Below the pieces are notes generated by a model that saw nothing but the letters and a program-made list of their open reading frames with translations, ran no database searches and was not told where the DNA came from. Positions 63,009 to 64,000 of a stretch of 64,000 nt of DNA are shown here, piece after piece; positions within the stretch are counted from its first letter, which is position 1; every line of letters starts with the position of its first letter. Source of the stretch: Desulfomonilia bacterium (GTDB lineage: Bacteria > Desulfobacterota > Desulfomonilia > UBA1062); NCBI GenBank assembly GCA_963664325.2, contig CAXXDQ010000005.1:128001-192000 (forward strand), written 5' to 3'. Both the position numbers and the translations under genes were made by a program.

Positions 63009-63965
63009 TTATCGCGAAGCGGACAGGTCCGTGACAGCGGTCACGGGCATCAGGCGGAAGGTCAGGTCCGGGAAATGGGCAGACAAGCCTTCTTTGATGC
63101 GCTGTTCTATTGCGGCTATATCGGACAGGCTCATATCAGAACCGAAAACCAGCTCCAGCTCTATGAAGCGCGTATTGCCGCTGCGGCGCGTGCAGACCAG
63201 CCCGATATTTTCGAAATTGGCGTATTCGCGCATTATGACCTGCAGTATTTTCATCTGGTCTTTCTCCGGCAGGGGGAGGTCGATGAGAGACTTGAAATTC
63301 TTCACGACGAGACGGCTGCCGTTTACCAGCATATAAGAGGCCAGCAGTACCGTCACAACAGGGTCGATCATCATGGCAGGCCCGCGCATGTTCATCGATA
63401 TGAGAACCAGCGCCAGCCCCAGTGCCGCCATCACGCCCGTATCCACCACGGCTGATATCCTGTAGTTGATCCTGTAGGAACCCATTAGCGATGTCTGCCG
63501 CCGGTTCCGGCGTATTATCCATGAGGTAAATACAAATAGTCCCAGGGAACGGAGAAGAGATATCCCCATGGGTATCTGGCTCAGACCGAAGAGTATGTTT
63601 GCCGGAGGGTTGAAAAAGCGGATTACGGCTGAATAGATCAGGAAACAGCCCGTCGGCATAAGCAGGGTGCCGTATAAAAGACTGGTGAAGTTCTCAAGTT
63701 TGCCCACGCCGTAAGGGAATGTGAAGATGTTTTTTCTGAGCATGATGCGGATGGCCGCGAAGGCGAAAATATTGACGATGATTGACAGGCCGTAGTCAAC
63801 CGCCACTGCGAAGATGGTCAGGGAATCCGAAACGAGACCGATGGCGATAAACAGGACAGTGAGCGGAATAAGCGTTCCGACTCCCCAGTACACCACGAGG
63901 CGGAGGTCGTTCAGCTGCCGGGAAGATTCGTCTTGAAACTTCGTATTGGTATGGTTTTCAGGCAT
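63009..63965 (-). CDS. Cation diffusion facilitator (CDF) family transporter, atypical
   Basis: FPYGVGKLEN motif, six TM, C-terminal TRRSG..RFIELEL dimerisation domain; GGAG RBS. Confidence 0.8.
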   Translation of the reverse strand: MPENHTNTKFQDESSRQLNDLRLVVYWGVGTLIPLTVLFIAIGLVSDSLTIFAVAVDYGLSIIVNIFAFAAIRIMLRKNIFTFPYGVGKLENFTSLLYGTLLMPTGCFLIYSAVIRFFNPPANILFGLSQIPMGISLLRSLGLFVFTSWIIRRNRRQTSLMGSYRINYRISAVVDTGVMAALGLALVLISMNMRGPAMMIDPVVTVLLASYMLVNGSRLVVKNFKSLIDLPLPEKDQMKILQVIMREYANFENIGLVCTRRSGNTRFIELELVFGSDMSLSDIAAIEQRIKEGLSAHFPDLTFRLMPVTAVTDLSASR

Positions 63966-64000
63966 AGTCTCCAGTTTGAAGATATAAGGCGGGCAGACTT

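Overview
Bacterial chromosome window, probably from an anaerobic Desulfobacterota/'deltaproteobacterial' organism (inferred from gene content). About 1-25 kb is core: a tol-pal cluster with an extra TolA-domain lipoprotein, the dcw cluster (mraZ to ftsZ, no ddl), alr, a lapA-like gene, a kinase-like gene and RNase R. About 25-34 kb is a patchy accessory region ending at the 3' end of tRNA-Arg(CCT). About 34-52 kb is mostly core: U32/TrhP-like, PcrA/UvrD, agmatinase, TIGR03960-type radical SAM, tilS, mfd, SurA-like and uvrA. About 52-64 kb is an accessory island. Main observations: (1) the island encodes four small Cys-rich peptides in two families with conserved [WY]xxP-type leaders and variable cores, i.e. 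candidate RiPP precursors; two are tandem paralogues behind a GT4 glycosyltransferase, and no SPASM radical SAM or PqqD maturase is in the window. (2) A 33-codon ORF with an in-frame UGA (GC-x7-U), whose second stop overlaps the radical SAM start codon, is a candidate selenopeptide. (3) About 60-bp GGGACGYTGATGA...TCATCAACGTCCC palindromes separate single-gene cassettes. (4) Duplicated gene 3' ends (CDF transporter, GT4) record how the peptide genes were added. Product calls come from motif recognition by eye; no searches were run.
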